A DNA stretch of 63,909 nt, filler included, from Octopus bimaculoides (Eukaryota), in the NCBI RefSeq assembly GCF_001194135.2. It is 7 parts of 7 records of this genome, joined end to end, with 100 filler letters (N's around TTAATTAATTAA, not from the genome) between each part and the next. Parts side by side here need not be neighbours in the genome. Positions count along the whole stretch, not along the records: positions 62,821 to 63,909 come from NC_068993.1; 6 more parts are not named here. The stretch is one strand, 5' to 3'. The notes beneath the pieces were generated by a model. It made no database searches. It was not told the origin of the DNA and worked only from the letters and a program-made list of their open reading frames with translations. The first letter of the stretch is position 1. Each line of letters starts with the position of its first letter. Below, in pieces: positions 62,721-63,909 of the stretch. The position numbers were made by a program, and so were the translations under genes.

Positions 62721-62820
62721 NNNNNNNNNNNNNNNNNNNNNNNNNNNNNNNNNNNNNNNNNNNNTTAATTAATTAANNNNNNNNNNNNNNNNNNNNNNNN
62801 NNNNNNNNNNNNNNNNNNNN
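62721..62820. other. Assembly spacer N44-TTAATTAATTAA-N44
   Basis: Same 100-bp structure. Confidence 0.95.
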
Positions 62821-62853
<33 letters not shown>

Positions 62854-63909
62854 CATACATATACATACATATACGTGTATGTATGTACGTACGTATGTAT
62901 GTAAAAAACATACATACCATGACAATTTTTCCATAATTCTTTGACCATGCTTGTTAAAAAGTGACCTCGATTCATGTGATCCGATAATTAAACCATTTTG
63001 GGTGCACTCCAAAGTTATATGAAGATCTTTACATAACTCCTTTATTGTTGAAGCTTAATCTATCCTTGGACATGATGACAATACGGAGAATTTTGTGAAA
63101 ATGAACATTTGAGTTTGTGAATAAAACAAAATGGGTTTCGTTTTTTAAATAAGCCCCCCCACCAATTTCTAGAAAACATGTCTCCAGCACAGGCAACAAA
63201 AAACATGTTTTGCAATGAACTATATCTAGGCAAAACCATTTTCTGGAAGTTTCGAGATGGTAGCTTATTTTACGCTTTATTGTAGATAAGAGGGAGTATT
63301 CTGATTCAATAATTTATCTGATCTTATATGCTACCGCTATCTAAGATCAAATGCCAGCAGCAAAATTATTTCATTTTTTCCTTCCCACATACATTTTCGT
63401 TGCATCAATTCATGTACTAGGAATACTTTATTTAAATAAACAACCCAATAAATTACGGTCTTGTGCCAATATCAAAAATCAATATTTTGCATATTTTCCG
63501 GCACTCTGAAAATAACTGAAATCATAAATCAATATGTAAAATGTATATTACTGGAATATAGAAAAAAGTATGATCATTATTATTATTATCTTTTTTTTTT
63601 TTGGAAAATGGATAAAGTATATAACTTACACAAGTTTCCATTTAGCTTCATATGAATTTCCTCAATGATGTAGCATTTCGATTTATGATAATCTATGAAA
63701 GTATATTTTCTTTATTTCTTTTTCAAAATATTTGTAATATTTCACCTTTTGTTTCCTCTATGCTTTTATTTTTCTTTCTATGTAGGACTTTACCACGTAC
63801 TTGTGAAACTTAGGAACTATATTTAACAACGAAATATTTGTAATACATAACAGACATAATAAGACACATGTAGACATAAACGCACATTTGTGTATATGTA
63901 TATATATAT

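Overview
AT-rich, gap-ridden, repeat-saturated metazoan genomic DNA. The recurrent SINE families (e.g. ...CGGTTCGGCAAAAGAGACCGATAGAATAAG... and tRNA-like heads) resemble octopus SINEs as I recall them, so an octopod cephalopod is likely (inference). I found no complete host gene, rRNA, true tRNA gene or CRISPR array. The window is mostly microsatellites, SINEs, MITEs and decayed autonomous elements: two related Ty3/Gypsy-type LTR retrotransposons (16.9-19.4 kb and 32.7-36.8 kb, both minus), three mariner derivatives, three Penelope-like fragments, CR1-, RTE-, Tx1/L1- and R4/Dong-type LINE pieces, a Helentron/DINE-like element, a Helitron-like end, and hAT and piggyBac-type MITEs. A few splice-site-bounded open frames may be exons of an unidentified host gene (low confidence). 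Six N44-TTAATTAATTAA-N44 spacers are assembly linkers. Most striking observation: both diverged Gypsy copies carry, flush against the 5' LTR, a non-canonical primer-binding site complementary to nucleotides 1-12 of tRNA-Phe(GAA) rather than to a tRNA 3'-CCA end. Other leads are a pre-miRNA-like hairpin, a ~180-bp foldback, hammerhead-like motifs and two microexon candidates. All translations and alignments were done by eye; coordinates of decayed elements are approximate.
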